From NCBI GenBank assembly GCA_947447995.1, contig CANFLQ010000002.1:14002-78001 (forward strand): a stretch of DNA of 64,000 nt, read 5' to 3'. Below the pieces are notes generated by a model that had not been told where the DNA came from, did no database searches, and worked only from the letters and a program-made list of their open reading frames with translations. Position 1 is the first letter of the stretch. The number at the start of each line of letters is the position of its first letter. This document shows, one piece after another, positions 1 to 10,757 of this stretch. A program made the position numbers and the translations under genes. The DNA comes from Bacteroidota bacterium (lineage in GTDB: Bacteria > Bacteroidota > Bacteroidia > 2-12-FULL-35-15).

Positions 1-2
1 TA

Positions 3-1250
3 ACAGCTACCTACACGGTTACTGGAACTGCAGGTGGTTGTACTGCTATTGCTACTGCAACAATTACAGTAAATAACTCACCACAAATTAAGGTAAATTC
101 GCCTACAATATGTATAGGACAAAGTGCTATACTTAATGCAAGCGGAGGTAACAGTTATGTTTGGTCAACTGGTACATCAGCTAGTTCTATAACCGTAAGC
201 CCACTTGCAAGTACATCATATACTGTTTCCGATAATACAGCAGGTTGTGCAGGATCTGCAACTTCAACAATAACTGTTATTTTTACGCCTACAATAACAG
301 TTAATAAACCCACAGTTTGTGGCGGTAAACAAGCTATATTAACGGCTTCGGGTAATGCTGTAAGTTATTCATGGTCGGATGGCACTATAGGTAAATCATT
401 AACAGTATCCCCATTAACTACAACTACATATACCTTAACAGGTAGTACTTTGGGGTGTATAGCAACTATAACCGCAACTGTAACTACTTCGGCTTTGCCT
501 ATTATAAAAGCAACTGATACCATAATATGCGAAGGAAGAAACGCTCTTTTAACGGCTAAGGGGGCAAATTCTTATTTATGGTCTACTGGTGATAAAAATG
601 CAACAATTTCTGTAATACCATCCAAAACTACTATATACACTGTTACTGGTTATAGTGCAGCAGGTTGTTCTGCCAATAAAGATGTAAAAGTAACAGTTAT
701 ACCTAAACCAAAAGCTGATTTTAGTTTTTCTCCGAATCCGGCAGGAATATTAAATCCTGTAATTTCATTTATAGATAAGTCATCTTTAGGTGTAAATTAT
801 TGGAGTTGGAATTTTGGTGATGGCACAACCATCGCTTCAAGTACAGCTAACCCTGTTCATACATATCCAGCAACAGATTCTAGTTATTTAGTAAGTTTGG
901 ATGTTCAAAATAAACAATTGTGTGCTGGTACAGTTAGTTATACAGTAAAAATAAGTCCAGATTTTACATTGTATATTCCAAGTGCCTTTACACCCAACGA
1001 TGATAAAATAAACGATGTATTTGGTGCAAAAGGAGGAGGTATACTAGAGTTTCAAATGTTGCTATTTGACCGTTGGGGTAATTTAATATATACTATTGAC
1101 GATATAAATAAAACATGGGATGGTAAAGTAAATGGTAAAGCAGATTTAGTAGAACAAGATGTTTATGTTTGGAAAGTAAGGCTTAAAGACATATTAAAAA
1201 AGGAGCATAATTATATAGGAAAAGTTACAGTTATGAGAGGGGACGAGTAA
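3..1250 (+). CDS. T9SS type-B (gliding motility-associated C-terminal domain) surface protein with tandem Ig-like repeats and a PKD domain; 5'-partial
   Basis: Frame is open from position 3 (TATYTVTGTAGGCTAIATATITV...), so the 450 start in the track is internal. Repeated 'IC.G..A.L.A.G..SY.WS.G' units, PKD 'WSWNFGDG...NPVHTY', C-terminal 'YIPSAFTPNDDKINDVF...FDRWG...WDG...DVYVW...IGKVTV'. Confidence 0.85.
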   Translation, partial: TATYTVTGTAGGCTAIATATITVNNSPQIKVNSPTICIGQSAILNASGGNSYVWSTGTSASSITVSPLASTSYTVSDNTAGCAGSATSTITVIFTPTITVNKPTVCGGKQAILTASGNAVSYSWSDGTIGKSLTVSPLTTTTYTLTGSTLGCIATITATVTTSALPIIKATDTIICEGRNALLTAKGANSYLWSTGDKNATISVIPSKTTIYTVTGYSAAGCSANKDVKVTVIPKPKADFSFSPNPAGILNPVISFIDKSSLGVNYWSWNFGDGTTIASSTANPVHTYPATDSSYLVSLDVQNKQLCAGTVSYTVKISPDFTLYIPSAFTPNDDKINDVFGAKGGGILEFQMLLFDRWGNLIYTIDDINKTWDGKVNGKADLVEQDVYVWKVRLKDILKKEHNYIGKVTVMRGDE

Positions 1251-1266
1251 GTTTAGCCTACGTATA

Positions 1267-1785
1267 TTATTCAATAAACCCCTCTAAGGTGTAAACTAAA
1301 TCATTAAGTAAAACAGCTTTTTCCGACGTGATATTTTTTTGAACTTCTTTCACTTTTTTTATCGCATTATTTAGCATGTCCTTTTCAAAAGGTCCTTCCA
1401 TAGTGGACATAACTGTCATGGCTTCTAATGAAACCAAGTAATCAGCATCAAGTGCAAGTAAAATAAAAAAAGGTAAATATTTGCTAAAATTAATCTCCGA
1501 TTCCCAACAAGCAGCAACCAATTGATGCCGGTTTTTATCAGCTTTAGGGCTAGCTATTGCTAACAATAATAAATCTCCGCCTTTCTCCTTTTTTAGATTG
1601 AGCAAAGTTGCTTCTTTAAAACTTTTATTAGCAGGGTCGGTTAAAAGGTTAATAATTTTGGAAATTTTATCTTCGGTTTTGATAAGCTTTCCCTCTTCTT
1701 CTTTTTCTTCTTCTTCAACCCCAATTATTTTAGTGATGTAATTTTTTGAGTCAAAATATTTTTTAAAATCTTCGTTGTTTTCCAT
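1267..1785 (-). CDS. hypothetical helical (HEAT-like) protein
   Basis: 172-aa ORF with ATG; TACTTTTG -7 element at 1830-1837 (minus strand); no recognisable catalytic motif. Confidence 0.6.
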   Translation of the reverse strand: MENNEDFKKYFDSKNYITKIIGVEEEEKEEEGKLIKTEDKISKIINLLTDPANKSFKEATLLNLKKEKGGDLLLLAIASPKADKNRHQLVAACWESEINFSKYLPFFILLALDADYLVSLEAMTVMSTMEGPFEKDMLNNAIKKVKEVQKNITSEKAVLLNDLVYTLEGFIE

Positions 1786-1897
1786 GTTGGTTTAATTTTA
1801 CGTACAAATATCTGAAATATAATTCATACCAAAAGTATATCTATATTAGGTACACAATGGTTTATTTTGTTTATTATTTGAAGAAAATGTATCAACT

Positions 1898-3115
1898 TTA
1901 AATCTCAGTTAATACATCTTGAATATTTTTAGAGCTTGGGTAAAACGATAATATTTTTTGCAATACAGCATCAATAACTGAGTCGGGGCAAGATGCTCCG
2001 CTTGTAAGGATAATATCTATAGGGGATTTTTTAGGTAAATAATTCTCTGTTGTTAAGCGTTCCTGCCTTATAAAATGATAATGATTGATACTGTTTTTGG
2101 ATTCTATTTCTATCTCCGATGAAATAAAATAAGTTGGTAATTTATGCTCACATAATTCAACAATATGGGAAGTGTTGGAGCTGTTGTATCCTCCAACAAC
2201 AATGGCTAAATCTGCATCATTTTTTAGTAAACCATAAGTAGATTCCTGATTTTCATTGGTAGCATAACATAATGTATCTCTGGTGTCGGCAAAGTGATTT
2301 TTTAATTCGGTTGCACCATATTTTTGTATCATTATGGATTTAAAATAATCGGAAATTTCTTGAGTTTCCGTAGCCAACATGGTTGTTTGGTTAATTACAC
2401 CAACTCGTTTTAAATGAATTTGAGGGTTAAAATGATCAGAATACTTTCCTTTGAAAACTTTTTCAAATTCATCCAAAGATATTGTCCCTAAAATAAATTC
2501 GCCCAAAACACGGGATTCAATAATGTCCATTACAATTATGGATGGTGCATTTTTTTCGCTTCTCGAAAAAGTTGCTCGCGTTTCTTCATGTTTATGCTTG
2601 CCATGAATGATGATGGTATAATCATCTTCTCCTAGTTTTTCTGCTTTTTTCCAAACCCTGTCTACAAACGGACAAGTGGTATTGTATTTATGAACTTGGA
2701 TTCCCATAGCTTCCAACTCCTGTTCTATTTTTAATGTAGTACCAAATGCAGGGATTATTACAATATCATCCTTTGTAAGAGCGCTGAATGGGATAATTTG
2801 GTTGCCCGAAGTATCCATTAAAAAGGTGACACCTCTTGAAAGAAGATCTTTATTTACATCCGGATTATGGATCATTTGACTTAAAAGAAAAATACGTTTG
2901 TCAGGATTTTCTTCAATTGCTTTGTAGGAAATTTCAATTGCATTTTCAACACCATAACAAAATCCAAAATGACGGGCAATGTAAAAACGTACAGGCCCAA
3001 AATCGAGTAAAGTAGGGCTGAAATCCTTTTTACGGGGATCCGACTTTTTTTGAATTTCTTTTACTTTTGAAATTACAGGACTTTTGTAAAAATCAGGGAT
3101 GTTAAAACTCTTCAT
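1898..3115 (-). CDS. ispH: 4-hydroxy-3-methylbut-2-enyl diphosphate reductase (long Bacteroidota form)
   Basis: GFCYGVENA, IHN, TCPFV, HEET, QTT, DTLCYAT, VVGGYNSSNT, TSGASCP motifs. Confidence 0.95.
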   Translation of the reverse strand: MKSFNIPDFYKSPVISKVKEIQKKSDPRKKDFSPTLLDFGPVRFYIARHFGFCYGVENAIEISYKAIEENPDKRIFLLSQMIHNPDVNKDLLSRGVTFLMDTSGNQIIPFSALTKDDIVIIPAFGTTLKIEQELEAMGIQVHKYNTTCPFVDRVWKKAEKLGEDDYTIIIHGKHKHEETRATFSRSEKNAPSIIVMDIIESRVLGEFILGTISLDEFEKVFKGKYSDHFNPQIHLKRVGVINQTTMLATETQEISDYFKSIMIQKYGATELKNHFADTRDTLCYATNENQESTYGLLKNDADLAIVVGGYNSSNTSHIVELCEHKLPTYFISSEIEIESKNSINHYHFIRQERLTTENYLPKKSPIDIILTSGASCPDSVIDAVLQKILSFYPSSKNIQDVLTEI

Positions 3116-3295
3116 TATTATGCAATTGATAATTAAGGCAAAATTACATTTTAGTTTTTATTTCTAAAGCATTTATTTTCTTTTAAATCCCTCAAATTCC
3201 GTTGTAAAACCAACTAAGTGTTATCAACAATCAACTGTGAATGTATTTGTACATCATTTAATTCAACCTTGTTTTTATTGAGTATTTTTGTTTTG

Positions 3296-4069
3296 ATGAA
3301 AACAAAGAAACCTTTAATATTGGTAACCAACGACGATGGCATTACAGCTCCTGGTATTGCTGCATTGGTTGAAGTAATGAAAACATTGGGCGACGTTGTT
3401 GTTGTTGCACCTGACAAAGCCCAATCAGGAATGGGACATGCCATTACTATCAATTCTACATTACGGATCAATAAGTCTAAAATCTATGATGTAAAGGACG
3501 AATATAGTTGTACAGGAACTCCGGTTGATTGTGTAAAATTTGCCGTTAATAAAATAATGGATCGTAAACCTGATTTATGTGTTTCGGGGATCAATCATGG
3601 TGCTAATATGTCCATTAATGTAATTTATTCCGGAACCATGTCGGCTGCTGTTGAAGGAGCCATTGAAAGTATACCATCTATTGGTTTTTCGCTTTTAGAT
3701 TACGCTATAGATGCTAATTTTACGGCTGCTAAAAAAGTTGTAAAAACGATTGCCGAAAAGGTATTAAAGAATGGCCTTCCTTTGGGAGTTTGTTTGAATG
3801 TAAATATTCCAAAATTAAAATACGATTTGATTAAAGGCATAAAAGTATGCCGCCAGGCAAGAGCAAATTGGGTAGAGGAATTTGATGAGCGAGTTGATCC
3901 TAGCGGACAGCCTTATTTTTGGCTTACAGGTAAATTTGATAATTACGATGCCGATAAAACAGATACAGATGTTTGGGCTTTGGAAAACAATTTTGTATCG
4001 GTAGTTCCCACTCAGTTTGATATGACAGCTCATAAGTCAATTAAAGAAATAGGCAGTTGGATTGTTTAA
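3296..4069 (+). CDS. surE: 5'/3'-nucleotidase SurE
   Basis: LVTNDDGI, QSGMGHA, GTPVDCV, SGINHGAN, YSGT. Start moved to ATG 3296 because the upstream extension contains the promoter. Confidence 0.95.
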   Translation: MKTKKPLILVTNDDGITAPGIAALVEVMKTLGDVVVVAPDKAQSGMGHAITINSTLRINKSKIYDVKDEYSCTGTPVDCVKFAVNKIMDRKPDLCVSGINHGANMSINVIYSGTMSAAVEGAIESIPSIGFSLLDYAIDANFTAAKKVVKTIAEKVLKNGLPLGVCLNVNIPKLKYDLIKGIKVCRQARANWVEEFDERVDPSGQPYFWLTGKFDNYDADKTDTDVWALENNFVSVVPTQFDMTAHKSIKEIGSWIV

Positions 4070-4153
4070 AAAAGTCATTAGTATATAGTCCGTAGTAAAG
4101 TGACTATCACTAAAGGGATTATTTAATGCTACTAATTTAAAGACTAATTACGA

Positions 4154-4450
4154 ATGAATAATGTAGATTTTGATAAAATATGGATTGGGTTTATCTTGGG
4201 ATTACTTTGCCCATTGCTATCATTAACTATTTATTATCAAGTAAATTTTTCATACATGACAATAAATGAGTTTATGAGATATGTTAAACTTGCTGATACG
4301 TTTACCGCTTTAATTTCATTATCTGTTTTGGTAAATTTAGCGGTCTTTTATCCTTTTATATGGAAGGAGAAATATGCTGGTGCTCGCGGTGTTTTGGGCG
4401 CCACGTTTTTATGGTCGGCCTTAGTTGTATTCTTAAAATTTGTTGTATAA
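4154..4450 (+). CDS. small membrane protein (about 3 TM)
   Basis: 98 aa with three hydrophobic stretches; 8 nt upstream of lpxB. Confidence 0.7.
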   Translation: MNNVDFDKIWIGFILGLLCPLLSLTIYYQVNFSYMTINEFMRYVKLADTFTALISLSVLVNLAVFYPFIWKEKYAGARGVLGATFLWSALVVFLKFVV

Positions 4451-4458
4451 AATAATAA

Positions 4459-5565
4459 ATGAAGTATTATATTATAGCGGGAGAAGCATCGGGCGATTTA
4501 CACGCCTCTAACTTAATAAAAGAGTTAAAGGTTTTAGATACCAATGCTCAATTTCGTTGTTGGGGTGGCGATTTGATGACAGCTCAGGGAGCAGATTTAG
4601 TAAAGCATTATCGTGATTTGGCATTTATGGGTTTTACCGAAGTATTGATGAATTTACCCACCATTTTAAATAATATTAAGTTTTGTAAAAAAGATATTTT
4701 AGAACATAAACCGGATGTATTGATTCTTGTTGATTATCCAGGCTTTAATTTGCGAATTGCGGAGTACGCAAAGACCATAGGTATTAAGGTGTTTTATTAT
4801 ATATCCCCTCAAATATGGGCATGGAAACAATCACGTGTTCATAAAATAAAAAAAGTGGTGGATAAAATGTTTGTGATATTACCTTTTGAGAAAGAGTTTT
4901 ATCAACGATTTAACTATAATGTAGATTTTGTTGGCCATCCTTTGTTGGATGCTGTAGAAAATTATGCTGGTCAATCGAATCATTTATCAGTACAAACAAA
5001 TAAGCCCATTATAGCCTTGCTGCCCGGCAGCCGAAAACAAGAAATTACTAGTATGTTACCCATTATGTTATCAATGGTAAAGCACTATAAAAATTATCAA
5101 TTTGTAATTGCTGCGGCGCCATCACAAAAAAAAGAATTTTACCAAACATTTATTGGTGATTTGGATGTTCAACTTGTTTTTGGCGAAACCTATCAATTAT
5201 TACAAAAGTCGGAAGCCGCTTTGGTAACATCAGGTACAGCAACTTTAGAAACGGCTTTATTTGGCATACCCGAAGTGGTATGTTATAAAGGGGGAGCAAT
5301 TTCCTATGCTATTGCTAAACAGTTGGTTAAGGTTAAATATATTTCTTTAGTTAATTTAATTATGGACGAAGAAATAGTAAAGGAGCTGATACAAAATGAA
5401 TTGAATGAAAATAATTTAAAGATAGAGCTGGATAAATTATTAAATACTCAATCGAGAATTAAAATGCTGGCGCAGTATACCAAATTAAAAATGAAATTAG
5501 GTGGTTCTGGAGCTTCTGGAAAAACTGCCGAATTGATGATTAGTTATTTGAATATTAAAAATTGA
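4459..5565 (+). CDS. lpxB: lipid-A-disaccharide synthase
   Basis: IAGEASGDLH, DYPGFN, YYISPQIWAW, FVGHPL, LLPGSR, SGTATLE. Confidence 0.97.
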   Translation: MKYYIIAGEASGDLHASNLIKELKVLDTNAQFRCWGGDLMTAQGADLVKHYRDLAFMGFTEVLMNLPTILNNIKFCKKDILEHKPDVLILVDYPGFNLRIAEYAKTIGIKVFYYISPQIWAWKQSRVHKIKKVVDKMFVILPFEKEFYQRFNYNVDFVGHPLLDAVENYAGQSNHLSVQTNKPIIALLPGSRKQEITSMLPIMLSMVKHYKNYQFVIAAAPSQKKEFYQTFIGDLDVQLVFGETYQLLQKSEAALVTSGTATLETALFGIPEVVCYKGGAISYAIAKQLVKVKYISLVNLIMDEEIVKELIQNELNENNLKIELDKLLNTQSRIKMLAQYTKLKMKLGGSGASGKTAELMISYLNIKN

Positions 5566-5578
5566 ATTTTTGTGAATA

Positions 5579-6751
5579 ATGAAAAAGAGATTTTTTTTAC
5601 TACTTGTATTCACTTTTGGATTTATGTATTGTATTAATGCAGGTATTGTAACTGTAAGGATATTAACTACTACCATTGTAAATACATTTATTTTTTCGCC
5701 ATTAAGTGGTAGTTACAATGTGTATGGCGATGGGGTTTTATTAGCAGATTGTGATCCTTCCGGAATATTTCAAATGAATGTAGAAGGAGATTCTATTTTA
5801 TTAAAAACATTTGAAAAAAATATGGGAAAATTTACAAACATTAAAATATTTGCAAAAGAACCAGCGTCGGCATTTAAAATAAAATCATTAGTACCCAATG
5901 GAAATGTTCGAGCTTATGACGATAATATTGAGATTTTTTTGAGTGCAGATAAAAAGCAATTTTTATTGATTAATAAAGTGGATTTGGAAGATTATATTGC
6001 AGGAGTAGTACAATCTGAAGCAGGAAAAAATACAGGTTTTGAATATTATAAATTGCAAGCTATTTTATGTCGTACTTATTTATTGGCACATCTTGGTCGT
6101 CATATAATGGAAGGTTATGAGGTTTGTGATGATGTCCATTGTCAGGCTTATTTGAGTAGATCAAATGAAGAAATAATTGTAAAATCGGTAGTTGATACTA
6201 AAGGATTAGTTGTAGTAGACAATGATTTAAATTTAATTACGGCTGCTTTTCATTCCAATTGTGGTGGAGAAACCTGCAATTCGCAAGATGTTTGGGCCAT
6301 GCCAACCTCTTATTTAAAATCTGTTAAAGATACTTTTTGTTTGCACAAATCACAGGCGCATTGGCAGCGAGTTATTTCTGTTGAAGATTGGAAATCCTAT
6401 TTACAACTCAAATATAAAAATTCAAATTTCGATACTAATAAAACGGATGAAGGAACAAGTTTTTCTCAAGCGAATGGCAGAGCAATTTATTATACAGATA
6501 AAAATAGTAAGATCCCACTAAAAACTATTCGTGCAGATTTTAAGTTAAAATCTACTTATTTTTCAATTCGGCAAGAAGGAAACTCAATAGTTTTTGATGG
6601 AAAGGGATATGGACATGGAGTAGGATTATGTCAGGAAGGAGCTATGAATATGTGTGGTTTAAAATATACCTATAAGGACGTTCTTCATTACTATTACAAG
6701 GACGTTAACTTGGTTGATCTTTCAGCATTAAATTATTTCAGGCAAGAGTAA
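5579..6751 (+). CDS. SpoIID/LytB family lytic transglycosylase, exported
   Basis: Signal peptide; LEDYIAGVVQSE, QAILCRTY, CDDVHCQAY, FHSNCGG, GYGHGVGLCQEGA, LHYYY. Confidence 0.9.
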   Translation: MKKRFFLLLVFTFGFMYCINAGIVTVRILTTTIVNTFIFSPLSGSYNVYGDGVLLADCDPSGIFQMNVEGDSILLKTFEKNMGKFTNIKIFAKEPASAFKIKSLVPNGNVRAYDDNIEIFLSADKKQFLLINKVDLEDYIAGVVQSEAGKNTGFEYYKLQAILCRTYLLAHLGRHIMEGYEVCDDVHCQAYLSRSNEEIIVKSVVDTKGLVVVDNDLNLITAAFHSNCGGETCNSQDVWAMPTSYLKSVKDTFCLHKSQAHWQRVISVEDWKSYLQLKYKNSNFDTNKTDEGTSFSQANGRAIYYTDKNSKIPLKTIRADFKLKSTYFSIRQEGNSIVFDGKGYGHGVGLCQEGAMNMCGLKYTYKDVLHYYYKDVNLVDLSALNYFRQE

Positions 6752-6794
6752 ATTAGTTTACAGCCTCGTATCTATAACTTTCTTATCTGTATAA

Positions 6795-7730
6795 ATGTTT
6801 CCATTCAAAAAAAAACATTTCCTGCTTTTTATTTTTTGGTTCATTGCAGATCATACAATAACGGCGCAATCCGAATCCTTAGTTTCCGATACAATAAAAA
6901 ATACATTTAGCCAAAAACGCTTAGGAGTGTTAATAACAACCGAAGCCATTCTGTATTCAGGTAGTTTATCTGCATTAAATGAATTATGGTATAAAGATTT
7001 TGCCCATTCCTCTTTCCATTTATTTAATGATAATAATGAGTGGCTACAAATGGATAAAATGGGGCATTGTGTTACATCGTACAGCGTTGGTAAAGTAGGA
7101 ATAGGGTTAATGAAATGGAGTGGGGTAAAGCGTAAAAAAGCAATTTGGTATGGAGGTGTATTGGGCTCCATATTTTTAAATACAGTCGAAATTTTGGATG
7201 GCTTTTCATCCGGATGGGGTTTTTCTATTGGCGATTTATCAGCAAACACAGCAGGTTCATTAATAGTAATAGCACAAGAGTTGGCTTGGGATGAACAACG
7301 AATTGTTTTAAAATATTCGTTCCAACAAAGTGAATATTTTAAATATAATCCTAATTTGTTGGGCAAAAATTTGCAGCAAAATTTAATAAAAGACTATAAC
7401 GGACAAACGTATTGGTTATCGGTAAATTTGTATGCGTTTATGAACCAGCAAACTAAATTTCCTAAATGGCTAAACCTTGCTTTGGGTTATGGTGCAAACG
7501 GAATGGTGGGTGCAAGAACTAACCCTGCAATTATGGATGCAAGCAGTAATACCATTTATTTTGATCGTTACAGACAGTTTTATCTATCATTGGATATAGA
7601 TCTTACCCGAATAAAAACTAAATCAAATTTTTTAAAAACGGTATTCAATACTATTGGATTTATCAAATTTCCAGCTCCTGCATTGGAGTTTAATAAAAAT
7701 GGTGTAAAGGTATTGTTGTTGGGTTTTTAA
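6795..7730 (+). CDS. DUF2279/YfiM-like exported protein
   Basis: WLQMDKMGH, E..DGFS..WGFS.GD..AN, DYNGQTYWLS; signal peptide ending AQ. Confidence 0.8.
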   Translation: MFPFKKKHFLLFIFWFIADHTITAQSESLVSDTIKNTFSQKRLGVLITTEAILYSGSLSALNELWYKDFAHSSFHLFNDNNEWLQMDKMGHCVTSYSVGKVGIGLMKWSGVKRKKAIWYGGVLGSIFLNTVEILDGFSSGWGFSIGDLSANTAGSLIVIAQELAWDEQRIVLKYSFQQSEYFKYNPNLLGKNLQQNLIKDYNGQTYWLSVNLYAFMNQQTKFPKWLNLALGYGANGMVGARTNPAIMDASSNTIYFDRYRQFYLSLDIDLTRIKTKSNFLKTVFNTIGFIKFPAPALEFNKNGVKVLLLGF

Positions 7731-7827
7731 GAAATTGAAAGTAATAGTTTAATCTTATTTTTTTCGATTAAATTTTTTTTGTGTTTTTAGATGCGGTGTA
7801 GGACTTAATTTTTACCCCTGCCCAATA

Positions 7828-7864
7828 AAAAGTCCCGTTAAGCATTAAGCTTAACGGGACTTTT
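7828..7864. terminator. bidirectional intrinsic terminator
   Basis: Perfect 16-bp inverted repeat AAAAGTCCCGTTAAGC/GCTTAACGGGACTTTT between convergent genes. Confidence 0.85.
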
Positions 7865-7877
7865 ACTACTTTAAAAA

Positions 7878-10415
7878 CTAGTTTTCTTCTTTCTTAGCTT
7901 TACCGTTTTTTGAAGCTTTTGGCTTATTAATCTTTATTTTTATTTCTTGTTTTTCTTTGTCAAAATTAACATCAATTATATCACCTTCAGTTAATGGAGA
8001 ACTTATAATTTCCTCTGCCAATGGATCTTCAAGATATTTTTGAATAGCCCTTTTTAATGGTCTTGCTCCAAATTCAACATCGTATCCTTTGTCCGAAATA
8101 AAATCTTTCGCATCTTCAGAAATTTTAATGGTATACCCTAAACCTTTGATTCTGCCATATAAACTATCCAATTCAATGTCGATAATTTTATGAATATCAT
8201 CACGGGTTAAAGAGTTGAAGATAACTACATCATCAATACGATTTAAAAACTCAGGAGCAAAAGCTTTTTTTAAAGCACTTTCAATAACACCTTTTGTATG
8301 GTCGGTTGCCGTTTCAACCTTAGCTGAAGTTGAAAACCCTACACCTTGCCCAAAGTCTTTTAACTGGCGAGCCCCAATGTTAGAAGTCATGATGATAATG
8401 GTATTTTTAAAATCAATTTTTCTACCTAAACTATCCGTCATTTGTCCATCATCCAATGCTTGTAACAATAAGTTAAATACATCGGGATGTGCTTTTTCTA
8501 TCTCATCTAATAATACAACTGAATAAGGGCGACGACGAACTTTTTCTGTTAATTGCCCACCTTCTTCATATCCAACATAACCTGGAGGCGCACCAATTAA
8601 ACGAGATACAGCAAATTTTTCCATATATTCACTCATGTCAATACGGATTAGCGCATCATCATTATCAAATAAATATTTAGATAATATCTTCGCTAATTGT
8701 GTTTTACCTACACCTGTAGGACCAAGAAATATAAATGAACCAATTGGTTTATTCGGATCTTTTAATCCAGCACGATTACGTTGAATAGCTTTAACAACTT
8801 TTTTAACAGCATCATCCTGACCAATAACCTTACCTTGCAAAAGTTCAGCCATTTTAATCAACTTATTACCTTCGTTTTGTGCTATACGTTGAACGGGTAC
8901 ACCTGTCATCATCGCTACAACTTCAGCAACATTGTCTTCAGTAACTACCTCGCGATGCGTTTTGCTTTCCTCTTCCCATAATTTTTTAGCAGTTTCAAGC
9001 TGTTCTAAAAGTTGACGTTCTGTGTCGCGCAATCTGGCAGCTTCTTCATATTTTTGAGAACGAACAACTTTGTTCTTTTCCTCTTTAATTTCTTCCAGTT
9101 TTTTCTCAATTTCCAAAATATTTTTTGGAACATTAATGTTGATGATGTGAACACGAGAACCAGCTTCATCTAAAGCGTCAATAGCTTTATCAGGCAAATG
9201 ACGATCAGAAATGTAACGCGCTGTTAAGGTTACGCACGCTTTAATAGCTTCATCCGTATAGGTTACATTGTGATGATCTTCGTACTTCGCTTTGATATTG
9301 TTTAAAATCTCAATAGTTTCTTCTGTTGAAGTAGGCTCTATGATTACTTTTTGGAAACGTCTTTCCAAAGCACCATCTTTTTCAATATATTGACGGTATT
9401 CATCTAAAGTTGTCGCACCAATACATTGTATCTCGCCACGAGCTAGAGCTGGTTTAAACATGTTGGATGCATCTAATGAGCCTGAAGCACCACCAGCACC
9501 AATAATAGTATGAATCTCATCGATAAACAAAATTACGTCAGGAGATTTTTCCAATTCGTTCATCACCGCTTTCATACGCTCTTCAAATTGTCCGCGGTAT
9601 TTAGTACCGGCAACTAAAGAGGCTAAATCTAACGTAACAACACGTTTACCAAACAATACGCGAGAAACTTTGCGTTGAACAATACGTAGCGCTAACCCCT
9701 CTGCAATAGCTGATTTACCTACACCTGGTTCACCAATTAGCATTGGATTGTTTTTCTTTCTACGTGATAATATTTGAGAAACGCGTTCAATTTCTTTTTC
9801 GCGTCCAACAATAGGATCTAATTTTCCATCTTCGGCAGCTTTGGTCAAATCTCTTCCAAAGTTATCCAATACAGGGGTTTTTGATTTACTATCAGTAACT
9901 TTTTTAGTGCTGCTGGCACTAAATTGATCATCATCCCCTTCATCTTCAGGAGGATTCCCGGGCATTTCAGCTCTTGGTTCCGATTTAGATACTTCAAATT
10001 CTCTTTTCATAGTTTCGTAATCAATTTTAAATTTTTGTAATGATTTTGTAGCAACATTGTCTTCATCTTTTAAAATAGATAAAATTAAATGTTCGGTACC
10101 AATAATAGCACTTTTAAATAATTTGGCTTCCAAATAGGTTATTTTTAAAGCTCTTTCAGCTTGTTTCATTAAAGGGATATTTGCCAAGTTACTCACCTTG
10201 TGATTTCCTGTTCCTATTGCTTGCTCAATTATTTTGCGTAATTCCTGTAGGTCAACGTGTAAGGATTTAAGCAAACGAACCGCAGTTCCTTCGCCTTCGC
10301 GGATAATTCCTAACAATAAATGTTCGGTTCCTATATAGTCGTGCCCCAACCGTAAAGCCTCTTCGCGACTGTAGGTAATCACATCCTTAACTCTGGGTGA
10401 AAATTTAGCTTCCAT
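7878..10415 (-). CDS. clpC: ATP-dependent Clp protease ATP-binding subunit ClpC
   Basis: Two Clp-N repeats (TEHL), GEPGVGKS and GPTGVGKT Walker A motifs, UVR middle domain ([11 protein letters not shown]), VGF ClpP-docking loop. Confidence 0.95.
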   Translation of the reverse strand: MEAKFSPRVKDVITYSREEALRLGHDYIGTEHLLLGIIREGEGTAVRLLKSLHVDLQELRKIIEQAIGTGNHKVSNLANIPLMKQAERALKITYLEAKLFKSAIIGTEHLILSILKDEDNVATKSLQKFKIDYETMKREFEVSKSEPRAEMPGNPPEDEGDDDQFSASSTKKVTDSKSKTPVLDNFGRDLTKAAEDGKLDPIVGREKEIERVSQILSRRKKNNPMLIGEPGVGKSAIAEGLALRIVQRKVSRVLFGKRVVTLDLASLVAGTKYRGQFEERMKAVMNELEKSPDVILFIDEIHTIIGAGGASGSLDASNMFKPALARGEIQCIGATTLDEYRQYIEKDGALERRFQKVIIEPTSTEETIEILNNIKAKYEDHHNVTYTDEAIKACVTLTARYISDRHLPDKAIDALDEAGSRVHIININVPKNILEIEKKLEEIKEEKNKVVRSQKYEEAARLRDTERQLLEQLETAKKLWEEESKTHREVVTEDNVAEVVAMMTGVPVQRIAQNEGNKLIKMAELLQGKVIGQDDAVKKVVKAIQRNRAGLKDPNKPIGSFIFLGPTGVGKTQLAKILSKYLFDNDDALIRIDMSEYMEKFAVSRLIGAPPGYVGYEEGGQLTEKVRRRPYSVVLLDEIEKAHPDVFNLLLQALDDGQMTDSLGRKIDFKNTIIIMTSNIGARQLKDFGQGVGFSTSAKVETATDHTKGVIESALKKAFAPEFLNRIDDVVIFNSLTRDDIHKIIDIELDSLYGRIKGLGYTIKISEDAKDFISDKGYDVEFGARPLKRAIQKYLEDPLAEEIISSPLTEGDIIDVNFDKEKQEIKIKINKPKASKNGKAKKEEN

Positions 10416-10757
10416 AATAATCTGTATAAAGTTAATTCTTAATCGAAATAAACTGTTTTAAGTTTACAATACATCCAAAATAAGGTGTTTATGTTAATAA
10501 GTCAAAAGTACTTAGCTAATACTATACCGATTGGATAATGGGCTTTATATTTATCAACAAAATAAATGTTAATATGTTGATAATTTGAAGGCCTAATTCA
10601 ACAGTATTTATGTTTGATTAAGTACTTTCGAACTCCTTTAAACTGCATACGTTTTTATCAAATACTGTGCAATTTTATAATTTAATGACAATCTCGCATT
10701 GTTAGTACTGACAAAAGCAGGCATATATAACAAATTTAAATACAAAAAATAGAAATT

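Noticed and set aside
10514..10530. Sigma-54-like GG-N10-GC (TCGGTATAGTATTAGCT, minus) upstream of clpC
   Set aside because: Poor match outside the dinucleotides, and an adjacent housekeeping -7 element already explains the promoter
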